A stretch of DNA of 64,000 nt from a virus (lineage: Duplodnaviria > Caudoviricetes). Shown here piece after piece: positions 7,757 through 17,485 of this stretch. Within the stretch, counting starts at the first letter, position 1, and each line of letters opens with the position of its first letter. A program made the translations under genes and the position numbers. Below the pieces are notes generated by a model. The model was given only the letters and a program-made list of their open reading frames with translations. It was not told the origin of the DNA and ran no database searches. The DNA lies in IMG/VR virus record IMGVR_UViG_3300043036_000358, positions 1 to 64,000 of that record, one strand, 5' to 3'.

Positions 7757-8056
7757 ATGAAGGTAACAATTACATACCATGACAACGAGTCATTTACAAT
7801 GGAAGAAGTTGTAAAGCAGGCCGTTCATAATTATGGAAAAGCAGCTCAAGTAGAAATCAAACCAGAATCTACTATGGCGTATGACCACATCTATTTTGGT
7901 CTACAGCAACTAATTACTCACGAACAACTGAGTTTGCTATATGATAGTGGTGCAACTTATCAGCAAGATTTAAAAAAGCTACGAGAGCAAGTAATGTACA
8001 AAGTTACTGAAATCGTGGATCAAGTTATTATTGACAATGAAGCGAAAGTAGGGTAA
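7757..8056 (+). CDS. hypothetical protein
   Basis: 99 aa; strong AGGAGG SD. Confidence 0.8.
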   Translation: MKVTITYHDNESFTMEEVVKQAVHNYGKAAQVEIKPESTMAYDHIYFGLQQLITHEQLSLLYDSGATYQQDLKKLREQVMYKVTEIVDQVIIDNEAKVG

Positions 8057-8058
8057 TC

Positions 8059-9447
8059 TTGGATACTAGTGCAGTAGTCTTAAACAAATTATTAACTGAG
8101 CGTAACCTAGATATTTGGGCTAAACTCAAGTTGGTATTTTTAGACCCTGCGTATTCTTCCTTGTACAGCGTAGTAAACAAATACTACGAAAAGTACAGCG
8201 CAATTCCGTCTTTTGACGATCTTGAGCTAACCTTAAGGGAGGGTCCGGCGTCTAAAACACTGGCAACTCTCCGGTTAACCGAGGTACCAGACGTTTCCGC
8301 AGAAGTAGCACTGGACGCACTAATCGACCAGTATACTCAGAACGAAACGGTAAAATTATTAGATAAATTCGTAGACAAATTACCCCTCTACGATACAAAT
8401 GAAATAAAAGAAAACTTAGCCTCCATTGCACTAACAATCGAGGAAAAGACGCATACAAGCGAAAAAGTGTTTACAATGGCTGACATGATGATGTTTAGCC
8501 ATCCAGAAGATTTGGAGAAAGAACGTGTTTACCTTGGTCTCAATAACGGCTTTGATAGTGTTCTTGGTGGAGTTGCTCGTCAAGAACTCATTCTCATTGG
8601 GGGCAAACGGGGATCCGGCAAATCTATTGCTAGTAGTAATCTTTTTGTTAATCAATATGAGTCTGGTAACAGTAGCATTTATTTCAGTATTGAAATGACC
8701 GCTAAAGAAACTATGGAACGTAACCTTAGTATCTTAGCTAATGTAAACTTACAAAATTTAAAACAACATAAACTAACAGACGACGAACTGCTACGAGTAG
8801 TAAAAGCTCGTGCAGAAATGTTTGTGGACAGTGGTGACTTAGTAAGCGAGTTTTTGCGTCACAGAGACCGCTTTAAGTTTGAAGAAACCCTAGTGCGTAA
8901 CTGCGTACTAAAAGCTGATAATCAGATGATTATTGTTGATGACCGTGATCTGACCCTAAGCAGTATCGACTTGCACATTGGTAAAGCCAAAGCAAAGTTC
9001 GGTGATAAACTCAAGCTAGTAGTAGTTGACTACCTTAACCAAATTGTACTAGAAGGAAACGATCAGTATGACTGGAAACCGCAGATCGAAGTCTCCAAGA
9101 AACTTAAGAATCTCGCCCGTAAGTACGAAATTGTCATGGTTAGTCCATATCAAATCGACGCCAACGGGGAAGCTCGTTTTGCGAAAGGTATTCTTGACGC
9201 AGCGGATATTGCTCTTACCATGGAAGCTCACGATAAAGAGACCAACGCGATCTCGTTTGCTACGACCAAGATTCGTGGCGGCAAGGAAATGGCGTTTACA
9301 TGTCCAATTGACTGGGATACCTTACGTATCTCGCCACAAAGTGTGGATAAGCCTCAAGCTAAAGAAGCAGTTAAAAAAGTAAAGAAAGGCCAAGAAGAAG
9401 CAGCACCTGTTAGTGATAGCGGAGCAGACTTACCTTGGAACGCATAA
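8059..9447 (+). CDS. DnaB-like replicative helicase (T5 D6-like)
   Basis: Walker A GGKRGSGKS, FSIEM, VVVDYLNQI; TTG start. Confidence 0.93.
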   Translation: MDTSAVVLNKLLTERNLDIWAKLKLVFLDPAYSSLYSVVNKYYEKYSAIPSFDDLELTLREGPASKTLATLRLTEVPDVSAEVALDALIDQYTQNETVKLLDKFVDKLPLYDTNEIKENLASIALTIEEKTHTSEKVFTMADMMMFSHPEDLEKERVYLGLNNGFDSVLGGVARQELILIGGKRGSGKSIASSNLFVNQYESGNSSIYFSIEMTAKETMERNLSILANVNLQNLKQHKLTDDELLRVVKARAEMFVDSGDLVSEFLRHRDRFKFEETLVRNCVLKADNQMIIVDDRDLTLSSIDLHIGKAKAKFGDKLKLVVVDYLNQIVLEGNDQYDWKPQIEVSKKLKNLARKYEIVMVSPYQIDANGEARFAKGILDAADIALTMEAHDKETNAISFATTKIRGGKEMAFTCPIDWDTLRISPQSVDKPQAKEAVKKVKKGQEEAAPVSDSGADLPWNA

Positions 9448-10302
9448 ATGTCAGACCCAGTACTAGAACTAATTCAAAAGAACGATCTCCAGTTTACAGT
9501 ATCTGGGCGTGACTACCTAATCAAATGCTTGAACCCAGATCACAGCGACAGCAACCCAAGTTTCAGAGTTGATAAAGTTAGCGGTGTAGCACACTGCTTT
9601 GCGTGTGGCTTTAAAACCAATCTTTTTAAGTTCTACGGTGTTTTCACAAACCCAGTACCTATTAAGATTATGGCCTTAAAAGAAAAGCTGGATGTACTAA
9701 AACGGTTTGGTCAAGAACTAGACCTTCCACAAGGATATACACCCTGGACAAAAGTGTTCCGTGGTGTTAGTCCTCAAACACTAAAACACTTCGGTGCTTT
9801 TTATACTAACCAAGTAGAAAAGCTTCAAGATCGTATTGTGTTTCCTGTAAAAGATATTACAGGTAAAAATGTTGTGTTTGTTGCACGTCATACTATGTCG
9901 CAAGGAAATCCCCGATATGTTAACTATCCCGTAGGAGTTAAGATGCCGGTGTTTCCTGCACACTTACCAAGTGGATACAGTTCAATGGTAATTGTAGAAG
10001 GTATGTTTGATATGCTAAACTTATACGACAAAGGTTGTGAAAATGTGGTATGTGCATTTGGCACTAACACACTGCAAAATGACACTAAAGCTAAACTTTT
10101 ACCATTTAAAGCGCAAGGTATCACACACGTATACTTGCTGTTTGATGGAGACGAAGCTGGACGCAAATCAGCTAAATTAATGAAGCCACTTATCGAAGAC
10201 GAAGGATTCATTGTGGAAGTCGTTGACCTACCAGATGGAACCGACCCAGGTGAACTAGACACAGAGAATGTACGAAGCATTGCCGAGTACATTAATAAAT
10301 AA
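9448..10302 (+). CDS. DNA primase (Zn-binding + TOPRIM)
   Basis: CLNPDH.D..PS...HCFACG; IVEGMFD; LFDGDEAG; DPGE. Confidence 0.95.
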   Translation: MSDPVLELIQKNDLQFTVSGRDYLIKCLNPDHSDSNPSFRVDKVSGVAHCFACGFKTNLFKFYGVFTNPVPIKIMALKEKLDVLKRFGQELDLPQGYTPWTKVFRGVSPQTLKHFGAFYTNQVEKLQDRIVFPVKDITGKNVVFVARHTMSQGNPRYVNYPVGVKMPVFPAHLPSGYSSMVIVEGMFDMLNLYDKGCENVVCAFGTNTLQNDTKAKLLPFKAQGITHVYLLFDGDEAGRKSAKLMKPLIEDEGFIVEVVDLPDGTDPGELDTENVRSIAEYINK

Positions 10303-10304
10303 AC

Positions 10305-10333
10305 TTGAAATGTTAGCCAAGATACGCTATAAT
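10305..10333 (+). promoter_or_regulatory. sigma70-type promoter
   Basis: TTGAAA-17 bp-TATAAT. Confidence 0.85.
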
Positions 10334-10355
10334 AAAGTATCAAAGGAAATTATAA

Positions 10356-12635
10356 ATGAAAATTGCCATTATTGACAAAGCACCCAATCGTACACGATAT
10401 TCGGACTATTTTGAGTTTGAGTACGATCAGTACCACATGAGTTCAGTTCCGATTACCAAGCTACTGAAAAAAGATGTAGACTTGGTAGTGGACTTGGAAC
10501 CTTATGATTTTGTGATCTTGGTTGGAGCAGAAGCCGCCAAAGAGTACGCAAAGATTACCTCGGTCACAAATATGGCGGGTCAACTGGTGCAAGACAAGTA
10601 TATTGCTATTTCAAATCCAGCAATGTTGAGTTTTAAACCAGAAGGTAAGCCCGACTTTCAGCGTGCAGTCGATCGTATTCACAAGTACGTTAAAGGTCAG
10701 CTAAAGCCCACAGTACAAGGTGACTTTAAGGGTATTGATGACACAGCAGAAGCCAAACGATTCTTGCGTGAAGTGCTAGACAATGCTCAAGGCTATGTTG
10801 CGTGGGACACGGAAACAACTTGCCTGTATCCACGTGATGGTTACGTGCTTGGCGTGTCTATGAGCTACAAAAGCAAGCACGGCAGATATATCTTAACTGA
10901 TTGCCTAGACGATGTTTGCCTAGACTTGATGCAAAAGATTGCTAATGAGTTTTACACAGTGTTTCACAACATGAAGTTTGACTACAAGATGATTAAGTAT
11001 CACCTTGATATCGACTTTCCTCGTAAGCGTGTGCATGACACTATGGTTATGCACTATGTACTGGACGAAACTGATAGTCATGGTTTGAAACCTCTGGCCC
11101 TAAAGTACACCGATTACGGTGACTATGACAGCGAACTGGATGACTTTAAAAAGGCATACTGTGCAGCACATGGCTTGTTGCAAGATGACTTCACCTATGA
11201 CCTTATTCCCTTTGATACGATTAGTCGTTACGCTTCGATTGACACGGCCGTTACATACGACCTTTTCCATAAGTTCTGGCCGATTGTCCAAACCAATGAT
11301 AAACTGCGTAAAGTTTACGAAGAAATCTTGATTCCTGGTACACTATTCCTAATGGACATGGAAGAAGTAGGTATTCCTATGAGTACTGAGCGTATGGCTG
11401 CTGCTAGCAAGTACTTAGACTATGAAATTGAAGAAGCCAAAAAAGTTGTTTACAGCTTTGATGCAGTAAAACAATATGAAAAAGATAGTGGCAAGATCTT
11501 TAATCCTAATTCGGTTATGCAGCTTCGCGTTGTGCTTTTTGACTATTTGGGTCTTAACCCAACTGGTAAAAAGACCGCTACTGGTGCTGTTTCTACTGAT
11601 GCTGAAGTATTGGGTGAGTTATCAGACGAGCATCCACTACCAGCCGCAATCCTAAAGGTGCGTCAACTTGGTAAAATTCAAAACACCTATATTCAAAAGA
11701 TTCTGCCAGAAATTGACCGTGATGGTCGTATCCGTACGAATTTTAATCTTATCTTTACTACTAGTGGTCGCTTGTCTAGTAGTGGCAAGTTCAACGCTCA
11801 GCAAATTCCTCGGGACGACCCTATTATCAAAGGTTGTATTGAGGCTCCAGCAGGATATAAGATTGTATCGCAAGACTTGACCACAGCTGAGATGTATTAT
11901 GCGGCTGTGTTGAGTGGCGACAAGAATCTACAAGAAGTTTTTAGCAGTGGCGGTGACTTTCACTCAACAATCGCTAAGATGGTATTTAACCTGCCTGGCC
12001 CTGTTGAAGAAGTCAAAAAACTATACGGCTCAATGCGTCAATCGGCTAAGGCTATTTCATTCGGTATCTTATACGGTTCAGGTGCTAATAAAGTATCTCA
12101 GACCGTATCAAAAGCCACTGGTGAAGTCTACCCTGTTGAGCAGGCACGAGACGATATTAAACAATACTTTACTAAATTCAATCGCCTTAAAAAGTGGTTG
12201 GAAGATCGCAAAAACTTTATTCAAACCAATGGCTATACATACTCATTCTTTGGTCGGAAACGCAGACTACCTAATGTATTTAGCGCAGATAAAGGAATTG
12301 CCGCTCACGAAGTTCGTAGTGGCATTAACGCCGAAGTACAAAGTCTTGCCAGCGATGTTAACTTACTTGGAGCTATGCGAACAGCAGAAGAAATTGCGGC
12401 AAAGGGACTAGACGCTAAAATCTTTATGCTAGTTCATGACTCAATTGTTGCGCTCGTAAAAGACGCTAATGTGGTGGAATACTGCGAGATCCTAAAGCGC
12501 AACACGCAACACCAGTGGGGCTGTGAGATTCCAAATGCCCCAATCGGTGTAGATCAAGATATTGGCGAGGACTATAGTTTTGGACATTTTAGCGAAACAT
12601 ACAAGTTTGTTGGAGATACGCTGGCCCGTGTTTAA
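10356..12635 (+). CDS. polA: DNA polymerase, family A (T5-type) with 3'-5' exonuclease
   Basis: Exo motifs DTET, HNMKFD, HDT, YASID; polymerase motifs TTSGRLSS, QDLTTAEM, RQSAKAISFGILYG, VHDS. Confidence 0.97.
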   Translation: MKIAIIDKAPNRTRYSDYFEFEYDQYHMSSVPITKLLKKDVDLVVDLEPYDFVILVGAEAAKEYAKITSVTNMAGQLVQDKYIAISNPAMLSFKPEGKPDFQRAVDRIHKYVKGQLKPTVQGDFKGIDDTAEAKRFLREVLDNAQGYVAWDTETTCLYPRDGYVLGVSMSYKSKHGRYILTDCLDDVCLDLMQKIANEFYTVFHNMKFDYKMIKYHLDIDFPRKRVHDTMVMHYVLDETDSHGLKPLALKYTDYGDYDSELDDFKKAYCAAHGLLQDDFTYDLIPFDTISRYASIDTAVTYDLFHKFWPIVQTNDKLRKVYEEILIPGTLFLMDMEEVGIPMSTERMAAASKYLDYEIEEAKKVVYSFDAVKQYEKDSGKIFNPNSVMQLRVVLFDYLGLNPTGKKTATGAVSTDAEVLGELSDEHPLPAAILKVRQLGKIQNTYIQKILPEIDRDGRIRTNFNLIFTTSGRLSSSGKFNAQQIPRDDPIIKGCIEAPAGYKIVSQDLTTAEMYYAAVLSGDKNLQEVFSSGGDFHSTIAKMVFNLPGPVEEVKKLYGSMRQSAKAISFGILYGSGANKVSQTVSKATGEVYPVEQARDDIKQYFTKFNRLKKWLEDRKNFIQTNGYTYSFFGRKRRLPNVFSADKGIAAHEVRSGINAEVQSLASDVNLLGAMRTAEEIAAKGLDAKIFMLVHDSIVALVKDANVVEYCEILKRNTQHQWGCEIPNAPIGVDQDIGEDYSFGHFSETYKFVGDTLARV

Positions 12636-13131
12636 GCTAGGTGACAAGAAGCCAACCCAGCAAGATGGGTTGGTATTCTATCATACACACTACGTAGATG
12701 AAAATAATTCGGAGACTTATACTATTAGAATGGTTGATGATAAAACACTGCCACAGGCGACACTTGGTCTCAGACGACTAGCAATGAAAGCACTAAAGGT
12801 TGAGTTGTTCCCAATCCGCACAGCCATCTACTTTTTAGCAGACTTGGTTAAACTTGCAAAAGCAACTACTTGGTTTGTGGACAGCAGTGGCAGAGTATTT
12901 CAGTACGAAAAAACCACACGCGCCAAACTCACAACAAAGAAACTAAAAAATGTTTTACCTGCGGAAGGGTTAGGGTGTGTGTTTGAATTAGTGGGAGTAC
13001 CTAACCGATTTAAAGCAATGCGTCACCCTGATGATAGCGAACAGTATGCCCGAGTGTTGCAGTTGGGTATGGCATTTATTTTTTATGGTTTTTGCAGTGA
13101 GCACAAACCCGATAGTTGGAGAATGGTATGA
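12628..13131 (+). CDS. conserved T5-like hypothetical protein between pol and D10
   Basis: Track ORF 12562..13131; the GTG at 12628 avoids a long overlap with pol; syntenic with T5. Confidence 0.7.
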   Translation: MFKLGDKKPTQQDGLVFYHTHYVDENNSETYTIRMVDDKTLPQATLGLRRLAMKALKVELFPIRTAIYFLADLVKLAKATTWFVDSSGRVFQYEKTTRAKLTTKKLKNVLPAEGLGCVFELVGVPNRFKAMRHPDDSEQYARVLQLGMAFIFYGFCSEHKPDSWRMV

Positions 13132-13376
13132 ACAAAAGAATTGAAGAACTTTGGAACAAAGCAGCAGCACAGTCTAGTGACTCTTGGGAAGGCCAAAAAA
13201 AGTTTGTGGAAGCACTAGTTCAGCTGGCTGTACAAGATTGCATTGACAAGATCGAGACTTATCATATTCCAGTTGGAAACAGTGCAGCGGGTGAAATAGC
13301 GTGTGAAATGACGTATTTTGCACTACGTGATATTCGGGACGATATTCGCGAGACATTTGGAATAACGGATGCCTAA
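13128..13376 (+). CDS. hypothetical protein of a freshwater-phage family
   Basis: MNKRIEEL...KFVEALVQ...IRETFG pattern (MNERIKEL...EKFAELIV...IKEHFG type). Confidence 0.7.
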   Translation: MNKRIEELWNKAAAQSSDSWEGQKKFVEALVQLAVQDCIDKIETYHIPVGNSAAGEIACEMTYFALRDIRDDIRETFGITDA

Positions 13377-14664
13377 AGCAGTAATATCAAATAGAATATA
13401 CATGGATAATCCTGGTGTAGAGCATACTAAAAAGATTATCGGTGCACTTACATACAAGATCAAAAAAGATACTGGAAGCAAACGGTTTGCTACAGTAGAA
13501 ACTATCAAGAATTATAGGGTGTTGCCAAAAGGTATTCTTAGTATTCCACAAGGCCGACTAGATTTGATACCCGAAGATTATGAAATCATTGATAAACGAG
13601 TGCTTGAGGATGTACCTTTCCCAACGCCTAAATTCCCCCTACGACCCGAACAGCAAGTCGTTTATGACCCAATCGACGACACGTGCTTTATTAACGCTCT
13701 TGTCGGCTGGGGGAAAACCTTTACAGCTTTACACCTCGCCCACAAGTTTGGGCAAAAAACATTGGTTATCACTCATACAGCAGCTCTCCGAGACCAGTGG
13801 TGTGAAGAAGTCGAAGTCCTATTCGGGATACAACCCGGAGTTATTGGTGGTGGACGAGTTGACCACGCCGACCACTTTATCACAGTTGCGAATATACAGA
13901 CGCTCAGCAAGTGTGCTGGTGACTTGGCTAAGGAGTTTGGGACTATTATCTTGGACGAAGCCCACCACTGTCCTGCCACTACATTTGCACAAACAGTGGA
14001 CGTGTTCCATGCCCGTTACCGAATCGCCCTTAGTGGCACAATGATTCGCAAAGACGGCAAGCACATCTTGTTCGGTGACTACTTTGGACCACTGGTATAC
14101 AAACCACCACAGAGCAACACACTGACTCCAACAGTGCATATTGTTAAGTCGGGTATTACCCTAAAGCCAGGAGTACCGTGGGTAGAAAAAGTCAGTGATC
14201 TACTAGAATCAGAAAAGTATAGACAGTTTATTGCAACTATTGCACTAATGCATATGCAAGAGGGTCACTCAGTGTTGGTAATCGCTGACCGAGTGGAGTT
14301 TTTACACAAAGTGAAAGAATACATTGGCGAAGATTGCGCGGTTGTTACAGGCGACACAGACTACGAAGAACGACAGTACATCAAACAAGAAGTGCTTTCA
14401 GGAACCAAAAAAGCTATATGCGGCAGCAGGCAAATATTCTCAGAAGGCATATCTATTAACACACTCAGCTGTGTTATTCTTGCAGCCCCAATGAGTAACG
14501 ATAGTCTGCTAGAACAAATTGTGGGTCGCGTTCAGCGATTGCATGAAGGTAAACTTGACCCACTAGTTGTGGACATTAACTTTGCTGGTTATGCGGATAA
14601 AAAACAAAACAACGATAGACTAGCCTTGTATTTACGTAAAGGCTGGCAGGTAATAACAGCATGA
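13369..14664 (+). CDS. SF2 helicase (T5 D10-like)
   Basis: LRPEQ, GWGKT, DEAHH, ALSGT, EGI, QIVGRVQR. Confidence 0.95.
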   Translation: MPKAVISNRIYMDNPGVEHTKKIIGALTYKIKKDTGSKRFATVETIKNYRVLPKGILSIPQGRLDLIPEDYEIIDKRVLEDVPFPTPKFPLRPEQQVVYDPIDDTCFINALVGWGKTFTALHLAHKFGQKTLVITHTAALRDQWCEEVEVLFGIQPGVIGGGRVDHADHFITVANIQTLSKCAGDLAKEFGTIILDEAHHCPATTFAQTVDVFHARYRIALSGTMIRKDGKHILFGDYFGPLVYKPPQSNTLTPTVHIVKSGITLKPGVPWVEKVSDLLESEKYRQFIATIALMHMQEGHSVLVIADRVEFLHKVKEYIGEDCAVVTGDTDYEERQYIKQEVLSGTKKAICGSRQIFSEGISINTLSCVILAAPMSNDSLLEQIVGRVQRLHEGKLDPLVVDINFAGYADKKQNNDRLALYLRKGWQVITA

Positions 14665-14676
14665 TAAAATTTACAC

Positions 14677-14705
14677 TTGCAGTAGGTTCGCTATTATGCT
14701 ATAAT
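14677..14705 (+). promoter_or_regulatory. sigma70-type promoter
   Basis: TTGCAG-17 bp-TATAAT, preceded by AAAATTTACAC. Confidence 0.8.
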
Positions 14706-14724
14706 ATAGTCTAAGTCAAGCATT

Positions 14725-15102
14725 ATGGCACTCTTTTTTAACCTGGATTTATTAGAAACAGAAACACATTGTGACCCTAAATTAATGTTAAGTATGCTGG
14801 AAAGGCATTATGGCAAAAAGCCAGTACCGAAAAACCACCGTGAACTAAATAGCTTCAAAAACTTGTCGGGTCACAGCTTTTTGTTAAATGCCCAACCTCT
14901 TTTTCAAGACACTTGTGATATTGCGTATAAAGCGCAGTATATCAGACTTGCAGGAAGGCGTGATTATAGCTTATATAAACTTTATCGTGTAGTCTATCTA
15001 GACCTAAGCTATTTTAAAGATCTTGACTTAGACATCTTAAAACACAATCCACTGCTTACAATAACAGACAACAAAATTTACTTTAAATACGAAAACAACT
15101 AA
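14725..15102 (+). CDS. conserved T5-like hypothetical protein
   Basis: Lies between D10 and D11; QYI.LA..RDY..Y...NPLL pattern. Confidence 0.75.
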   Translation: MALFFNLDLLETETHCDPKLMLSMLERHYGKKPVPKNHRELNSFKNLSGHSFLLNAQPLFQDTCDIAYKAQYIRLAGRRDYSLYKLYRVVYLDLSYFKDLDLDILKHNPLLTITDNKIYFKYENN

Positions 15103-15104
15103 CT

Positions 15105-15746
15105 ATGGCAATTTCATTTAAAAACACCAAAGGCAAAGCTCAATCAAACAAAGTTGAGGCTTATGAATACAAAGACGGCGAAAACACCGTTCGCTTAGTA
15201 GGCGGAGTTCTTCCTCGCTACATTTACTGGATCAAGGGCAGCAATAACAAGGATATTCCTGTTGAGTGCTTGGCTTTTAGCCGTGACAAAGAAAAATTCG
15301 ACAACATCGAAAAAGATCACGTTCCACAATTCTACCCAGAATTGAAGTGTAGCTGGAGCTATACAGTTAACTGTATTGACCCAAAAGACGGCAAAGTAAA
15401 AGCACTAAACTTGAAAAAGAAACTTTTTGAGCAAATCGTAAGTGCAGCAGAAGATTTAGGTGATCCAACCGATTTTGATACTGGTTGGGACGTTGTATTC
15501 AAGCGTACTAAAACAGGCCCACTAGCTTTTAATATCAGCTACGATCTGAGCGTACTGCGTTGCAAGCCACGTAAGCTAACACCTGAAGAACGTGCAGCAG
15601 CTGAAGCAGCTAAGTCTATTGATGAAAAATATCCTCGCCCTACAGAAGCTGATGTACTAGCACTGTTGGAAAAAGTTACTACTAACACAGATGACAGCGA
15701 TGCAGGCGATGATTCTGCCCAAGAAGCTGTTAAAGAACTAGGTTGA
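15105..15746 (+). CDS. ssDNA-binding protein (T5 D11-like)
   Basis: GENTVRLVGGVLPRY.YW...PVECL, LKKKLFEQI, PTDFDTGWDV.F.R.KTGP; acidic tail. Confidence 0.85.
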   Translation: MAISFKNTKGKAQSNKVEAYEYKDGENTVRLVGGVLPRYIYWIKGSNNKDIPVECLAFSRDKEKFDNIEKDHVPQFYPELKCSWSYTVNCIDPKDGKVKALNLKKKLFEQIVSAAEDLGDPTDFDTGWDVVFKRTKTGPLAFNISYDLSVLRCKPRKLTPEERAAAEAAKSIDEKYPRPTEADVLALLEKVTTNTDDSDAGDDSAQEAVKELG

Positions 15747-15752
15747 TATATG

Positions 15753-15789
15753 TAGCCCGCAATCCTAAACAGCTTGCGGGCTATTTATT
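15753..15789 (+). terminator. terminator-like hairpin after D11
   Basis: TAGCCCGCAA-loop-TTGCGGGCTA-TTTATT. Confidence 0.75.
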
Positions 15790-15805
15790 CTCTAAAAGTT
15801 ACAGC

Positions 15806-16276
15806 ATGAATCATATTAAACACGAAAGACTATGTGAATTATTGCACTACTGCCCAGATACTGGAATATTTACTTGGAAAGTAGATAGAAAAAGGCTAGC
15901 TAAAGCAGGTACAATTGCTGGTAGTAAGAATGGTACTGGGTATATACAAATAAGTGTTGATGGTAATCTATATTTAGCTCACAGATTGGCATGGTTCTAC
16001 TGTTTTCAAGAATGGCCAGAAAAAGTAATAGATCATATAAATAGTATTAGAGATGACAATAGATTAGACAACCTACAGGATGTATCGCAAAATACTAACA
16101 TTAGAAAAGCTAATGGTAAGGTAGGCGTTTCTGGTTATCGTAATGTTAGAAAAATATGCAACAGGTATCAAGCTGCTATAAAAGTTTCTGGTAAAACAAT
16201 ACACATAGGTATGTATGAATCAGGCAAAGCCGCAAGCGAAGCAGTTGAAAAATATAAGAAAGATAATAACATATGA
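15806..16276 (+). mobile_element. free-standing HNH homing endonuclease with an AP2-like C-terminal domain
   Basis: YLAHRLAWF...W....IDHINSIRDDNRLDNL (HNH_3) plus G..NVR....Y.A.I...GK..HIG.Y. More AT-rich than its flanks; ATG at 15806 lies after the hairpin. Confidence 0.9.
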
Positions 16277-17232
16277 AAATTCTCTTCTGTGCCGACGTGC
16301 ACATAAAGTTGGGAAGTAAAAACGTACCAGTAGATTGGTCTAAAAATAGGTTCAAGATGTTTTGTGAGCAATTTGCAGAAATGCAGCACCAAGCAGACTT
16401 GATAATTGTAGGCGGCGATGTGTTCGACCGGTTGCCTACAATGGACGAAGTTGAGCTCTACTTTGACTTTGTGGAAAGCTTCCACAAACCTACACTGATT
16501 TATCCAGGTAATCACGAAATGTTGAAAAAAGACTCAACATTTTTGACTAACCTTAAAAAGTCCACACACCGATTAAATCCACTAGTAACTATTATTGATG
16601 ACTTTTATTCGGACGATATAGTAGATATTATTCCATATAATAAGTTAAAAGAGTTTGAAAAAGCTCCGCACTTAACACATGGCAAAATATGCTGTACACA
16701 TGTACGCGGCGAAATTCCTCCACACGTTAAGCCTGAAATAGATTTAAGTTTACTAGATCGCTGGGACGTTGTACTAGCAGGTGACCTACACTCATATGAA
16801 AACTCTCAGCGCAATATTCTTTATCCTGGTAGCCCTTATACTACTAGTTTTCACCGTTCCAGAGTCGATACTGGCGCTATTATCCTTGATGTTGATAGTC
16901 TCAGTCATGAGTGGCGGAAATTCAACTTACCGCAGCTCATCAAGAAAACAATCACTGCCGAAGAGGCCTCCACCTCCGCCAATGCCACCGACTTTGACCA
17001 CACAATCTATGAAGTGCAGGGTGATATGCAAGAACTCGGAGAGTTGCAAGATTCAGAGCTGATTGCTAGCAAAGTCCTAAAACGCGATACCGATTCAGCA
17101 CTAATGCTTGATGCAGAAATGTCCTTGGATCAAGAAGTACGCGAGTATGTAACCTATATCTTAGAACTACCAGAACCCACGGTAGATAAGGTTTTAAAAG
17201 AGATGCAAAATCATGCAGAAAAATTCACCTAA
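16273..17232 (+). CDS. SbcD/Mre11-like nuclease (T5 D12)
   Basis: ADVHI, GGDVFD, GNHE, HVRG, AGDLH, YPGSP metallophosphoesterase motifs. Confidence 0.93.
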   Translation: MKILFCADVHIKLGSKNVPVDWSKNRFKMFCEQFAEMQHQADLIIVGGDVFDRLPTMDEVELYFDFVESFHKPTLIYPGNHEMLKKDSTFLTNLKKSTHRLNPLVTIIDDFYSDDIVDIIPYNKLKEFEKAPHLTHGKICCTHVRGEIPPHVKPEIDLSLLDRWDVVLAGDLHSYENSQRNILYPGSPYTTSFHRSRVDTGAIILDVDSLSHEWRKFNLPQLIKKTITAEEASTSANATDFDHTIYEVQGDMQELGELQDSELIASKVLKRDTDSALMLDAEMSLDQEVREYVTYILELPEPTVDKVLKEMQNHAEKFT

Positions 17233-17485
17233 AGTAGCTGAAGTATGGTCACAAACAAACTGCCCTGCTTGTATGGAAGCTAAACGATTGCTAGAAAACC
17301 ACGGTACATTTATTGTGGAAAAGATGCTTGGTATTAATGGTTATACTAAAAAAGACTTAATTGAATTAGTTCCAGATGCTCGCAGTGTGCCTCAAATATT
17401 TTTAGACGGCGTATACATTGGCGGACTACAAGAATTAAAAAGAAAACTAGCAAATGATAACAATAAAAACACTAGCATGGTCTAA
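17213..17485 (+). CDS. glutaredoxin
   Basis: WSQTNCPAC..AK.LL and RSVPQIFLDG..IGG. Confidence 0.9.
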   Translation: MQKNSPKVAEVWSQTNCPACMEAKRLLENHGTFIVEKMLGINGYTKKDLIELVPDARSVPQIFLDGVYIGGLQELKRKLANDNNKNTSMV

